Positions 27,751 through 41,894 of a stretch of 64,000 bases of DNA are shown piece after piece; position 1 is the first letter of the stretch; every line of letters begins with the position of its first letter. Under the pieces are notes generated by a model. It did not search any database. It had not been told where the DNA came from and saw only the letters and a list, made by a program, of their open reading frames with translations. The DNA is from the human T2T-CHM13v2.0 reference genome, Homo sapiens: the NCBI RefSeq assembly GCF_009914755.1, contig NC_060945.1; one strand, written 5' to 3'. Made by a program: the position numbers and the translations under genes.

Positions 27751-29169
27751 TTAATGTCAGTCTTTTTAAAGTCACAATTTACAGCAACCTTTTTCTCCCT
27801 TAGAATTTAAACATGCTTAATCCCCTTTCATCTCAAACAATAAAATAAAAGAGACATGCCACCTCCACTTTTTCCAACACCCCTTTCCTGAGTTCCAGCT
27901 AACACTGTGAAAGCAAGGTGTATGTTTCTTAAGTATTCATTTAAGTTCTTGGGTTTATTTACATATTGTTTCTCCCTGGCATTAATCAGAGTATTGTTTG
28001 AATTTTCCAACGGTATTTCAGTTACACTCTGTTGATTCAAAAGAAGGTTGTTTGTCCAAGCTTGTCCAAGTCAGTTTCAAGAGGCTCAGCCACCAAAAGT
28101 TTCATCAAAGAGGAAGCCAAGGTCATCAGTAAAGCCTCACGAGAGGTAGGATCACAGGGGTGAAGTGGACACTCACGGGTCCTGCCATCCTTGGCATCAG
28201 GAAAGTCTCCATTCTGGACCACCTTTGTCTGTCTGAACAATTCCTCTCAGATTTTAGAGTCTGGAAATTTCCTGAGTAGCTTAAGAGAAGATAAGAGTCA
28301 AAGTTTCCAAACTGTAGAAATAACCCAAATGCATGGCTCCTTTTATTTCCACAAATTTGGCCAGAGACACGACAATTTGGGCAACTTTGTGCAATGTTTT
28401 ACATTTAATGATTTTTATGACCCAAACTCTGCTAGGCAGAATAGTATAAGCATTTGTAATCCGTACTGAAATAATCCATCTGGCATAAAATCCAAATTTC
28501 AAAATTGGATGAGATTGTGTGTTCTGGGCCTACCAAGATAGTTATTACACACATGAGAACTCAAAATACTAAAGCTACTGGTAGAAACAATTGCTCTTCT
28601 CCTTGCTGTAAACATGAAAGTGAGAAGCAGCAAAGAACGATCAACAAATTAACACCCTTTTCATATTTTTTGTGACAGCTACCTGGAACGGGCAGGAAAG
28701 AAAAATGCAGATAAGAAAATTAAAACCACAGACTCCTGGGCAGCGAACAAGAGCCTTCTGATCCTAATTCGATCTGGAGTTAAGAATGAAGGGGATTTCT
28801 GTAGCAGTTTCTTTTGCATAGCAGAGCTCCGACTTTTCCAGCAACAGCGTGTCCCTGGAAGCTACACAAAGTCCTCTTTGATTGCCTGTGATCAAAGCCA
28901 CGAAGGCTCTCCTGCAACATCTTAGCTTCAGAAAGCCAGGAAAATCAGAATGCTGAGAGTATATTAATAATTCCTAAACATATTTTTAAGGTGAGTGGTA
29001 CTTCTAACAGAGCTTCATTATTACTAAAAATGATTTGTTTCTGACTTTCCTGTTGGGGAAAAAGTTAGCCTTAACTTTCTGATGAGCAAGTTGCATGTTA
29101 CAGTGGATATTGAACAATATAGTCAGTTGTTTTACTCAGAATTTATGCAGCTGATCACATAGGGACAGG

Positions 29170-29300
29170 ACTGGATGATAGAAAGCTCACTAGACTGGAA
29201 GTCAGGAGAATCAGCTTTGTCACCGATCTAACGTAGCATAGTGGACGTGTCTAATAGCCTTGGCCTCAGCATCTCCATCTGTGAAATGGGCTGAAGGGCT
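29170..29300 (+). mobile_element. MIR fragment
   Basis: AGACTGGAAGTCAGGAGA...GGCCTCAGCATCTCCATCTGTGAAATGGG core. Confidence 0.65.
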
Positions 29301-29589
29301 TGAGCTCTCTGTTACTTCTTTGGGATGTGGTAGTTAAGAAGGCTCCCATTGGATTCCACATACCCTTGTTTATAGCCATGGCTGAATCTTCACAAGACTG
29401 CCAAATCCCAAGCTGCCTCCTCTTCTGTACCATTTCTGCCACATTTGGGTCTTTATCAGCAGGAGAGTGCAGACACTTTAATGTGAATTCATGTGCAGCA
29501 TTTGACCGAGGATTATTTCTACTTTTTAAAAGGCAGCAAGCAAAAACATGCAACTTGATATATGGGGGTGGGAAGGATCATATTTTAAA

Positions 29590-29750
29590 GTCAGAAGAAC
29601 TGCTTATATATTTCAACTATAAAATTTATTATCTGTGTGAATTTCATTAAATTATTTAACTCCTCTGAGTCTCAATTTCTTATCTGTATAATAAAACCTA
29701 GTCCGCATATTGCAATGAAGTTAAAAAGACAGTCTGTTTATGAAAAGTGT
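29590..29750 (+). mobile_element. MIR fragment
   Basis: TTATTTAACTCCTCTGAGTCTCAATTTCTTATCTGTATAAT core. Confidence 0.65.
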
Positions 29751-30040
29751 AAATTTCTATTTAATATCAAAAGTACGTAATCTAAATTGTGAAGTCTTTA
29801 TTATTTTTACTATTTATTTTTATTTATTTATATATTTCATGAATATTAGTAGTAGTTGTTATAGAAGAGTATTAGTAGTATTAGTTGTAGGGACAAGAAC
29901 CAACAAACTATTTTTTTAATGATGGCATTTCATATACAATGAGGAATCAGGGTAGAAGAATTAATTGAGGAGAGGGAAGCATCTTTTTGCGGCAATTAAA
30001 ATATGTACAATCATACCTAAACTAGTCACCCTATTTTTAG

Positions 30041-30155
30041 TTCCTTCTCTCCCTTCCTTCTCTCCCTCCCTTCCTTCCCTTCCTCCCTCCCTCCCTCCCT
30101 CCCTCCCTCCCTCATTCCTTTATTCCTTCCTTCCTTGCTGTCTTGCTTTCTTTCT
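30041..30155. repeat. (CCTT/CCCT)n polypyrimidine simple repeat
   Basis: Directly visible. Confidence 0.9.
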
Positions 30156-30680
30156 GAATATGTACCTACTCTACATTTGCCAACTCCAACTCTGGATGCA
30201 TTCTAAAGGAAAGACAAGCCAACCACAGGGTAGAAACATCACCCTGAGCCAGAGCTCTGGGTCAACAGTGACGACAGGAGGCATCTGGTAGGGAGAAAAG
30301 ATGTAGCAATTTTACCTGGAACTACAAAGATTTGAGACTCAGAATCACGCTGACATTTGGGGACCTAGCAGGGGTGTATAGACAAAATGTGGCACCACAT
30401 TTGTCTTGAACTACTGATTGCTGAGGCAGATTTTCTTGTAAAGGTAGGACGCCAAGCAGTATGGTCCAATCTCTCCTTGATTTTCTGATGAGGGTCAATA
30501 GAGGAGAGAAGGAGAGAGAAGAATTGAGAGAAGCAAAATTTGGAGACTGTTGAAGAGTCAGGCTCTCTTATAGATTCTCAGAAGAAAAAAGAAAACCTGT
30601 GATACTGATATATCAAATAAGAGAGGTTTGATATATTATTAGATATCAAATTGATGTATCTAATAAGATAGGTTTGATAT

Positions 30681-31078
30681 TTTCACTCTCGTCCGTGTGA
30701 AGAGACCACCAAACAGGCTTTGTGTGAGCAATAAAGCTTTTTAATCACCTGGGTGCAGGCGGACTGAGTCCGAAAAGAGTCAGCGAAGGGAGATAGGGGT
30801 GGGGCCGTTTTATAAGATTTGGGTGGATAGTGGAAAATTACAGTCAAAGGGGGTTGTTCGCTGGCAGGCAGGGACAGGGGTCACAAGGTGCTCAGTCGGG
30901 GACCTTTTGAGCCAGGATGAGCCAGGAGAAGGAATTTCACAAGGTAATGTCATCAGCTAAGGCATGGACCAGCCATTTTCACTTCTTTTGTGATTCTTCA
31001 GTTACTTCAGGCCATCTGGATGTATACGTGCAGGTCACAGGGGATATGATGGCTTAGCTTGGGCTCAGAGGCCTGACA
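30681..31078 (-). mobile_element. HERV-H solo LTR (LTR7)
   Basis: Reverse complement TGTCAGGCCTCTGAGCCCAAGCTAAGCCATCATATCCCCTGTGACCTGCAC...TATAAAACGGCCCCACCCC...GGTCTCTTCACACGGACGAGAGTGAAA; 398 bp; near-TSD GATAT/GATAC. Confidence 0.95.
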
Positions 31079-32392
31079 GATACAACATTTGATTATATTT
31101 GATATATCTTATTTGATATACCTAATAAGATATATCAAATAAGATAGATAGGTTTTAAATAAGATTAGTTGGCAAGAAAGCTGCCTCACACCACCCCTAC
31201 TGCAGCCTTTTGCACATTTCTGTCCTTAGCTTACCTCCCTTTCATCTGGTAATAATGGTGGCACTGGACCTTTTTTCCAGATCACCTTCCTTTAGCTGCC
31301 TCTTGGTCCACTTTTCCCCTTCAAGGTTGCTCTTGCTGCTAAAGGTTTACCATGACTTTATTTCTGTGGATGGGAATGGGGAGTGAGCGTGTGTTATTAT
31401 GGAGCCATCTCTTAATGATGTAGTCCTGGGCCCAGGGAGAACTTGCAATTGCATGCTCCATAAGTCCTTCTTTATTTCTTCCATGCACACAGCAGCTTTG
31501 CTAATGCCTCTCAGCCTGACACACCCAGTCAATCTGTTACACTCAAGATGGTTTTTACTACAATGGGAGGGAATCTGCATATGTCCTGGTGGGTACTGGT
31601 ACATCTGATTTTTACATAGGTTGCAAGTAATCTGACCAGTTTGTTAATGACCTTCTAATGTACATTTGCATTATGATTGTTCCCATTATTTGCCATTCCA
31701 ATTCCACTTACGGGGGTTTTCTTTCGAGACGCTAGCTGTCTTTCCTACCTGCCTGTAACACATTCACAAAGTTAATGAGGACATGTGCGCATGGCAGTGG
31801 GTGTCACCATTTTAATTGCTTCCAAATATGGTTAGCATATGTTGTCTCAGTATAGAAAATCTGAATTAAAATGCTAAGCCTTTTTAGTACTGGCAAGAGA
31901 TAATAGTCTCTAGAGCTAGGGCTCTTCTGAGAAATTCATGACGTCTCCAAAGTTTCCCTCTGGTTCAAGAAGATGCTGGTTTTTCTGAAACAGCTCTTAT
32001 ATACTTTTGATCTCCTTGGACTTTTAACGCTTCTGTAGATAGTGATTTGGTAACTTCCATGAGATAAGGTCAGAGCTAGAATGGGCTGGGACTTGCTTTC
32101 ATTAGTATGTGTCTAAGCACTTGGTCCAGGAATGATATCCTTAACAGTAGCTTTCCTGTTCAGTCACTTCCCCCTAATTTAACTATAAGAACAAGGAACT
32201 TAATTTTGTTGAGGTCTTACAAAAAATTGTATTCTTTGATTATATGCTGTGAGCATGAAGGATGTGTGAAAATACTCAAAAGAGAACGTCTGCTTCTTCT
32301 TTGCAAGAAGCTTACTATTTCTTGGATGAGACCAAATGGCCAGAAAAAGGAGCTTAACAATATTGTACAAAGTAAATTCAAAGAAAAAATAT

Positions 32393-32789
<397 letters not shown>

Positions 32790-34259
32790 TTAGAAATGCT
32801 GGACAAGTTCAGATTTGATATGACAGGCTGCTCTAGTTCCTATTTGGAGAACCTGAAAAATAATATGCACAGCACCCTATGCTCTTGTCAGATGATATCA
32901 TGCCAGAGGCAAGAGCTCTTTTTCTGGTGAGTGCATGCATGCATGTGTGTGTGTTTTGAGTTTGCAAGCTGTCTTACTTCATCCATGTTTAGTGGAAAAG
33001 AATATTGGCCCACTGTGTAATAACAATTATTAATAGTTAATAACAATTTTATAAAATAAATTATCTAGTGCGATGAAACAAAGGATAGTCTCTTCTTCAT
33101 GTATAATAAAATATAATTTGATTGAGAAACAAACCCTTCATCTGCATTGTACAAATAGGTGAGAGGTAATTAATGGGAAGATTTTCTTTTTCTCTCTGGG
33201 AAAATGAATCACATACTTGGCTTCCTTGGCTGCCTGTCAAGAAAACAACTCTCCACACGCTGAAATATCTTAGAGGCAAATTGGATGCTCAAGACAGAAG
33301 CCTGTGACAGAATCAATGTTGGACTCTCCGCAGATGGGGCCAGTGTAGCAAAGCCCTCTGGCATAGATGGGCTTCATATTACTGTTAGCTACCATAAAAT
33401 TGTCCCTGTGAAACCACAGAAAATTTTACCAACTCCCTTTAGGGCAAGAAAGAGAAATGGGAACAAGAAACAGAAAACAAATCACTCACTCTGTTCTAGA
33501 GTATAAAAGCAGATACTGGCAGGCTATTTTTAAAAGTTACCTTTAAAATCATCCCTTTGCTTTATTAAAGAAAGCAGTCTTTGATTTCATGTACAGGTGT
33601 ATGAAATATTTTTAGGTAAACAGTATGAAGATCTAAGGGAAAAGTCTGTGTGCCTCAGAAGAGGTAATGGTGTGTGCAATTGGATTATTGGATGTTCTGT
33701 GCCCTTGTATAATATATATATAATATATAGTTATGTAGATCATATGTACGTTGAGCAAAACTACCTGGATCTGAACATATGGAAATCTCTATGATCCAGT
33801 AAGAGGTATTGGGATCCTTTTTCTTAAGGAGAAAAATCCTTCAAAGTTAGGTATCCTTTACTAGGCAGGCAGACTCATTACCAAAACTGCAGTATGCGGA
33901 CCAGTCTTGGGTGTTTGAAACTTGGCTTTGATACGGTGACAACTCTGTGTGTAAATTACTCTGCATAGTAAAATATTCTAACCTCTCCTGCATAGTAAAA
34001 TACCAATCAGCAATGAAGACAGATTACAGCTGGAACAAATGCAGTTAGTGAACTTGGATTTTTCCATACTAATGAAGTTAAACAGAAAAATAAATAAATA
34101 CAACAATAGGAAAGTCCAAAATAACTCATGTGTGGGTGGCTTTATGTACTTGGAGATCGATGCTTACACATATGCGTCATGCCTACAAAGACTGAGGTCC
34201 CAAGCAGGAGATCAAGAATATGGAAGGAAAAACTAAACTTCCTATAGAAAATGCATGTA

Positions 34260-34430
34260 AAACAGGTTTTAGAGCCAAATAATCACGTGTTCAAATCCTG
34301 GTTCCTACTATTTAGTTGAGTTACACAGTATTTCAGATCATGAAAGCATAATTTCCTCACTTACGAAATGAGGAGTAATCCTCGCCCTGGGATTTCTGTG
34401 AGGAATAAATACAAAATCACACATCTGACA
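34260..34430 (+). mobile_element. MIR fragment
   Basis: GTTCAAATCCTGGTTC...TTTCCTCACTTACGAAATGAGG...GTGAGGAATAAAT. Confidence 0.6.
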
Positions 34431-34438
34431 CAGAGGGG

Positions 34439-34885
34439 TGTGATTGTCATTTCAATGTGTCAACTTGACCAGGCGACAGTACCCAGTCATTCAATTAAGC
34501 ACTAACCTGGGTGTTGCTGGCAAGGTATTTTGTAGACCTTGTTAGCATCTGCAATCTGTTCACTTTCAGTAAAGCAGATTATTTTCCATAATCTGGGTGG
34601 GCCTGATTCAACCAGTTGAAAGGATGTAAAGGTAGAACTGAGGTTTACCTGGGGGACAGGAAATTCTCCCTGTGGACTGCAGCATCAGCTTCAGCCTGGG
34701 AGTCTCCATTCTCTCTTTTTTAATGGCCTGCCCTATCGATTTCAGACTTATCTAGTCTCCACAGTCATGTAGGCCAATTCTTTGTACTCTATCTATATAT
34801 CTAAATCTATCTAGCTAGCTACCTAGCTAGCTATTATCTATCTATCTTGGTTATATGTTTCTTTCATGGAATGCTGACTAATACA
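34439..34885 (+). mobile_element. MLT2D-type (ERVL) solo LTR with internal (TCTA)n
   Basis: TGTGAT...TGTGTCAACTTGACCAGG...ACAGTACCCAG start, ...GACTAATACA end. Confidence 0.85.
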
Positions 34886-35219
34886 AGTAAGAATCTTAAA
34901 ATGTTATTTTCTGTATAATCCAAATTTGAGGGTTCATATTTGAATACACAAATTCTATATTTCTATCAGATTGTAGTGATGGATAAAAACAAATATTTGT
35001 CTTCTGCTCACCTCCTTTAAACTAGAGGAGAAAGAAAGTGTGCCTGGAAGTTCTCAAGTCTTTTCCTGTTAGTATATTAATATGGATTCATTTATTTGAA
35101 GCATGATCATCCCACACTTAGAAAGCCTAGCCTTGAGGAAATCAGGCATAAGGCAGATTAATTGCCCTGGCTGAAAAGGGAAAGGGAGAACTTAGGGATG
35201 AGAACATCAGCATCAACAT

Positions 35220-35400
35220 CAACATGGAACACCATTTATCATGTGCCAGGCACTGTTCTTAATAGTTAACTAACAGGCATTCACTTATTTCATCTTCATG
35301 GTAACCCTAACAGGTGAATACCACTATCATTCTCACATTCCAGGTGGGGGATCTGAGGCATGAGGTTTAAATTGCTTGTCCTGGAATGTGGTAAAGTCAT
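35220..35400 (-). mobile_element. MIR fragment
   Basis: ATGTGCCAGGCACTG...CTGAGGCATGAGGTTTAAATTGCTTGTCC. Confidence 0.65.
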
Positions 35401-35948
35401 AGCGGCCACCGCAAAACATCGCTCCAGAGAGTCAATAGAGTGGAAGCTCCTTTGGGTGCCTCTTTACATGGAGAGATGGGAGGCAGGTGGAAGAGTGCAA
35501 TCCCGTAGAGCATGGAGCATCCACAGGAGCCCTCTGATATGGAATGAGAACTGGAGGAGAGAAATCAAAAAATAGGAAGAGCTTAGGGCAAGGAATCTGA
35601 AAACAGGACTATTAGATAAAATGTCAGTGTAGGGACAACGTCTTGGTCTTCTGGTCTCCAGAATTTAACTCAGTGCCTGGAAAGTAGAATATATCCCAAA
35701 AACCTGTCATGAATTGAGTAAAAAGGTTCGGATAACATTTTACCAGGAGCTGGCTTAGGTATTAGGGTTAGAAGAGAAATGCAAAGCATATTTTTACTGT
35801 CTGTGATTGAGGCCATGGTTATTAAGGTTGTCTGGCTTATAAAAACCTCTTAAAGAATGCAAAAAACATTTTTGAGTTATTTAAGTGGATGCCTCAAAGA
35901 ACATTGAGGGAAATTTTTATTACGAGGATGTGATATTTAAAATAAACG

Positions 35949-36453
<505 letters not shown>

Positions 36454-36604
36454 TTACAAATATCCAATGAATACCAGGATGGAAATAACTTGTTTCCTGG
36501 CATTCAAGACAGAGGAAATCCTTACTATTAAAAACAAAAAACAAAAAACAAAAAAACAAAAAAAACTAGAAATGATTAGCAAAGACATGAAACACAACAG
36601 TTTA

Positions 36605-37007
<403 letters not shown>

Positions 37008-37551
37008 GAAATGCGAACCAGTGACTGAAATGTATATTTCCCAACCAGGGACTGTTCCAATATCACATTTAAAAGGGGTTGGTGGCCTCATTTCAATTCC
37101 CATCACATACATTGTTCTAATTGGTAAATCCCTGCAGACAAAGCAGGAGCTCCAAAATCAGGGTAGAAGGTTTCCTTCAACTTCTCAGATTAACTATTTT
37201 GGTAAACAGCATACATATTTCTCACATAGTGCTAATATTATAATGGCCAACCTCCAGATTTAAGTGCATCAATTAAGTAAACTACACTACTTCTGTGAAT
37301 AAAAGATGTTTGTTTTACTAAATCTGCCAATTTAATTAACTAGCACAATTTCCTATATATAGAAAATTTGAAACACAAACAGTGACTTCTTCTATGACTA
37401 AATTTTTTCCTAATAAATACCTGCTTAAAAGATTGTCGGCATGAGGATAGCATTATTTTTTTAAGTTCTTTCTCAAAGAAGCCAGTCAATCAAGAGCTTA
37501 TCGAGTGTGTACCAGATAATCAATTTTTCCCCCAGAGGACTTAACTTTAAG

Positions 37552-37760
37552 CAGGGTTTTTCAACTTCTGCATTAATGATATTTTGGGTTGAAAAATTTT
37601 ATACTGTGGAAGACAGTCCTATGTTTTTGAATTTTTAGCAACATTCCTGGCCTCTACCCATTAATGCCAATACTACCCCTTCCTCAGTTGTAATCTTAAG
37701 TGTGTCCAGACATTTCCATATCCCTAATTGGCAAAATTACTCCCAGTTGAGGGATGCTGC
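37552..37760 (+). mobile_element. MER20 hAT-Charlie MITE
   Basis: TTTAGCAACATTCCTGGCCTCTACCCA...TCCAGACATT...CCCAGTTGAG. Confidence 0.8.
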
Positions 37761-37789
37761 TTTATATTCTTGAAATAGATTGCATTAGA

Positions 37790-38074
37790 CAGCGTAGGCT
37801 ATCTATGACAAGTATTTCTCAGATCTTAGCTTGAGATAATAGAAATTTATCTTTTGCTCTAATCAGAGAACAGTGAAGGTCATGAAGGTGGGAAGGGGTA
37901 GCATGTTCCATGTTAGAGATCTTCCACCTTTCAGCTACTGGAGCCACATTCCATTGGCCAGAATTTAGTCATCCATGCCCACCTAAATGCAAGGAAAACC
38001 GTGAAATATAGTCTCATTGCATGCCAAAGAGGAAAACAAACTAAGATTTGGGAAATAACATCAAGTCTCTGCCA
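37790..38074 (-). mobile_element. Old MLT1 (J/K/L-like) LTR fragment
   Basis: CACATTCCATTGGCCAGAATTTAGTCA...CCCACCTAAATGCAAGG...GAAATATAGTC. Confidence 0.55.
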
Positions 38075-38079
38075 CAGGG

Positions 38080-38438
38080 TGTGTTAGTCTGTTCTCGCGC
38101 TGTTAATAAAGACATACTCGAGACTGGGTAATTTATAAAGAAAAGAGGTTTAATGGACTCACAGTTCCACATGGATGGGGAGCCCTCACAACCATGGCAG
38201 AAGGTGAATGAGGAGCAAAGTCACGTCTTCCATGGTGGTGGGTAAGAGAGCTTGTATAGAGGAACTCCCCTTTATAAAACCATCAGCTCTTATGAGACTT
38301 ACTATCATGAGAACAGCACGGGAAAGACCTGCCCCCAAAATTCAATTACCTCCATTGGGTCCCTCCCCCGACATATGGGAATTATGGGAGTTGCAATTCA
38401 AGATGAGATTTGGGTGGGCACACAGCCAAACCATATCA
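38080..38438 (-). mobile_element. THE1 (B/C) MaLR solo LTR
   Basis: TGTGTTAGTCTGTTCTC...GAGACTGGGTAATTTATAAAG...CCAAACCATATCA; exact 5-bp TSD CAGGG. Confidence 0.93.
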
Positions 38439-38814
38439 CAGGGATTATAACAAAATAAGGTCAAGTCATGACAAACAGATTATTTTGACGTTGTTGGAAG
38501 GGATTGCCACAAAACATCATTAGACTAATTTACTTCCAGTCAAAGAAGCCTGTATTTGCTTACATAGTCCTAGAACACTGAGCAAAATTATGAAAGGATA
38601 ATCTCAAAGCCTCTTTTTAGGTCATTAGTGTGCGTTTAGTGAGATAATGGACCCTCTTCTAGTCCAACATTCTCTTCAGGTTCTTCAGGCCTGTCTCAGA
38701 GCTATGGAGGATGCAGCAAAAGGGATGCCTTTGATCTGCTGTCTCTGGATGCACAAGGAGCTCAGAGAAACAACCAGGACACAGAACAAAACAAAGCATG
38801 GAGCTCTAATTTAG

Positions 38815-39267
<453 letters not shown>

Positions 39268-39799
39268 AGTTCCCTTATTTTCTAATGCTATGTTTTCAAG
39301 GTTGTTGTTAGGGTTAGTTAAACTAATTTATATGAAACACCTGGTGAATATAGTGCCTGGCACAGCAGTATTTATTTACATCCTTCTTAAGTCTTTGGAA
39401 TCATAGATTATACTATCAGCAGATAAACTTGACAGATGCATAGACATGATCAGAAAGAGAATGGAAGGAAGATGTGGAGAGGGAGAACAGAAGTCAGAAA
39501 CCAGAACAAAGGAAGACAATGTAGACACTGTAACATTAGTAGAGAGTTATAGAATATTGGGTTTAATTTTAGGTAGAATGCATTTCGTTAGCTCTATCTG
39601 GTTTATCTTTGATTTGTCCATTATACAAAGCTGATCTCTCTTCCCTCTGCTGTCTACTCCTCCCTGGAAGGTAGGCAGTGATAGATGCTAAGATTGGTTT
39701 GTCCTAGGCTATCTCAATAAGGACATTTTCTCTACAGAATTTTCTAATTTCAATGAGCCCCAAACCATAATTTTGAGCAGCTGTACAAACCTTTCTGTA

Positions 39800-40020
39800 A
39801 TGATAGTAATAAAGATTGCTACCATTTATTGGTTGTCCATAATAATCTTTATTCTGTTTCTGTTCCAGTTCTTACAGCTTCCTTTATGAGAAAGATTTGT
39901 TCTTCTGTTTATAGGTGAGAAATCTGAGACCTAAGAAATTAAGTGATTGGCCTGTGGGAGATTTGAATCCGGTTTTTCTGACTCCAAAGCCTTACCTGTT
40001 TCTTCCTAACATGTTGACTG
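39800..40020 (-). mobile_element. MIR fragment
   Basis: ATAGGTGAGAAATCTGAGACCTAAGAAATTAAGTGA...TTTGAATCC...CTGACTCCAAAGCC. Confidence 0.65.
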
Positions 40021-41535
40021 CCTATTCTAAGCATATACAGTGTTGCAAATGTCTGACACTGTTCTAGAGCCTCATCCTCTTTTCACCTCCAACATGCTCT
40101 TGTTTGTGGCCTGGTCGTCAGAGTATATGCGCTGGGCTGGGAAACCCTCATTGGTGGAGACAAAGTGGCAAGAGAGTAAAGGTGGCAATTTCCAAGGGGA
40201 CCTCATTGCACATCAGACACAAAGTGTGACTCAGGCATGTGCCTCAACATATAAGCCAAGAGAGTGCCAGGCCTTTAAATAAGAAACACTGGATGTTTTC
40301 TGCAACTTAAATACAAGTAAGCTTGGCGGGTAGGGAGGGAAATTGTTGTACTGGAATCTAACAGTGTTTTCAAACGTTCCCATTTCACCATTAATGGTGG
40401 CACATAATCAAATTAGCCTTTAAGAGCAATCATCACTCCATGGGTGGCACCGTGGTATGCGAAGATGCCTCGGAGATTTTAATTCTCTGTAACAGCTTTC
40501 TACAATAAAACAGTACCGAATTTGAAAGTCATTGAGAGTAATTCTAGTAGGTCTTGTTTATACACGATCTTGCAGAGGTGTCTCAAGAGCTAGTGGCTTA
40601 GATTGAGTCACTTTATACAGTTAAAGCTGTAGATATAAGCACAGACAGAAAACTGTACCTCTGTAGATCTGTAGATGTCTGTCAGTGATTCACAGCTCAT
40701 ACAACGCCAAGATTCAAATTTCTCTTAGAAGGGCTTTTAGTAATTCAGATGGAAAAGACTTTCCAGACAGATTCCAAAGGATTATGTTTGGGGACTGCAA
40801 AGGAAGAATTTCCAAAATTTTGTGGGCTTACTTTTTTAGTTTTACAACAACATTTACCTTTCCTGTGTGATACTTGCTGATCACAAGGGCAATACCCTGT
40901 CCTCGGTAATCTATTGTGGGCTTGCTGTTGATGATAATAAGTTTCACCATGAAGCCTGTGACTAGCCCAAGTTGTCAGAAACTCCTCATTTCTCCGATAA
41001 GCACTTTGCCAAGCTGGCAAATGCCCCTAGGAGCCACAGTGCCCCTGTTGCCTGCACACTTTGGACCCTTTTCATTAGCTTCTGACTCATTGCACTTGCA
41101 CTTAGCGCACGCTCTGATGTGGACTTCCAGCTCAGAACCCAGGTTCTCGAACTCATGAACGCATTCAGCATCCCTTGCTATCACAACCAGCTTGACAGAA
41201 AGACCACAGGCCAAGTGCAGCAGAGTTCCAGAAAGTGAATGCAGCAAAATACCCTTGCTCTCTTTGAGGTACTGAAAACAGTCCTGCCATTTAGCTTAAG
41301 TAGAAATCTAATTAATATGTTGAAGAAAAGATCGAATATTACTGTATAACTTTCAACAAGAAAACCAATTCTGAAATGAAAAAAAAGCAAATCATGCTAT
41401 ATATTAAGATAAATATTTTTTAGAAAAAGTTCTTATATTTCACAAGGATTCACTGTGTGTGAAATTCAATTAAGTCTTTTAAATCAGATTCTATTTATGC
41501 CTTTACAATTACAGTTAGAATTTTAAAAATGTTTC

Positions 41536-41894
41536 TTTCTTTCTTCTCTTCTTTTCTTTCTCTCTTTCTTTCCTTCCTTCCTTCTTTCTCTTTCTTTCGT
41601 TCTTTTTTTTTTTTTCTCACAGTTTAGCTCTTGTTGCCCAGGCTGGAGTGAAATGGCGTGATCTCAGCTCACTGCAACCTCCACCTCCCAGGTTCAAGCA
41701 ATTCTCTGCCTCAGCCTCCTGAGTAGCTGGGATTACAGGTGCCCACTACCATGCCTGGCTAATTTTTTGTATTTTTAGTAGAGACAGGGTTTCACCCTGT
41801 TGGCCAGGCTGGTCTTGAACTCCCTACCTCAGGTGATCCACCTGCCTTGGCCTCCCAAGTGCTGGGATTACAGGCATGAGCCACTGCACCTGGC
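41536..41894 (-). mobile_element. AluSq-type SINE with CT-rich tail
   Basis: GCTCTTGTTGCCCAGGCTGG...CCTCAGGTGATCC; tail expanded into (CTTT/CCTT)n. Confidence 0.92.

Noticed and set aside
29080-29156. CTGATGA...CTGA spacing resembling a C/D snoRNA (similar at ~48108)
   Set aside because: The C box is not RTGATGA, there is no terminal stem and no recognisable rRNA guide; no hammerhead stems or GAAA core either.
40745-41390. Stack of overlapping ORFs in a higher-GC unique block
   Set aside because: No recognisable protein motif or consistent exon boundaries; explained by locally lower stop-codon frequency.
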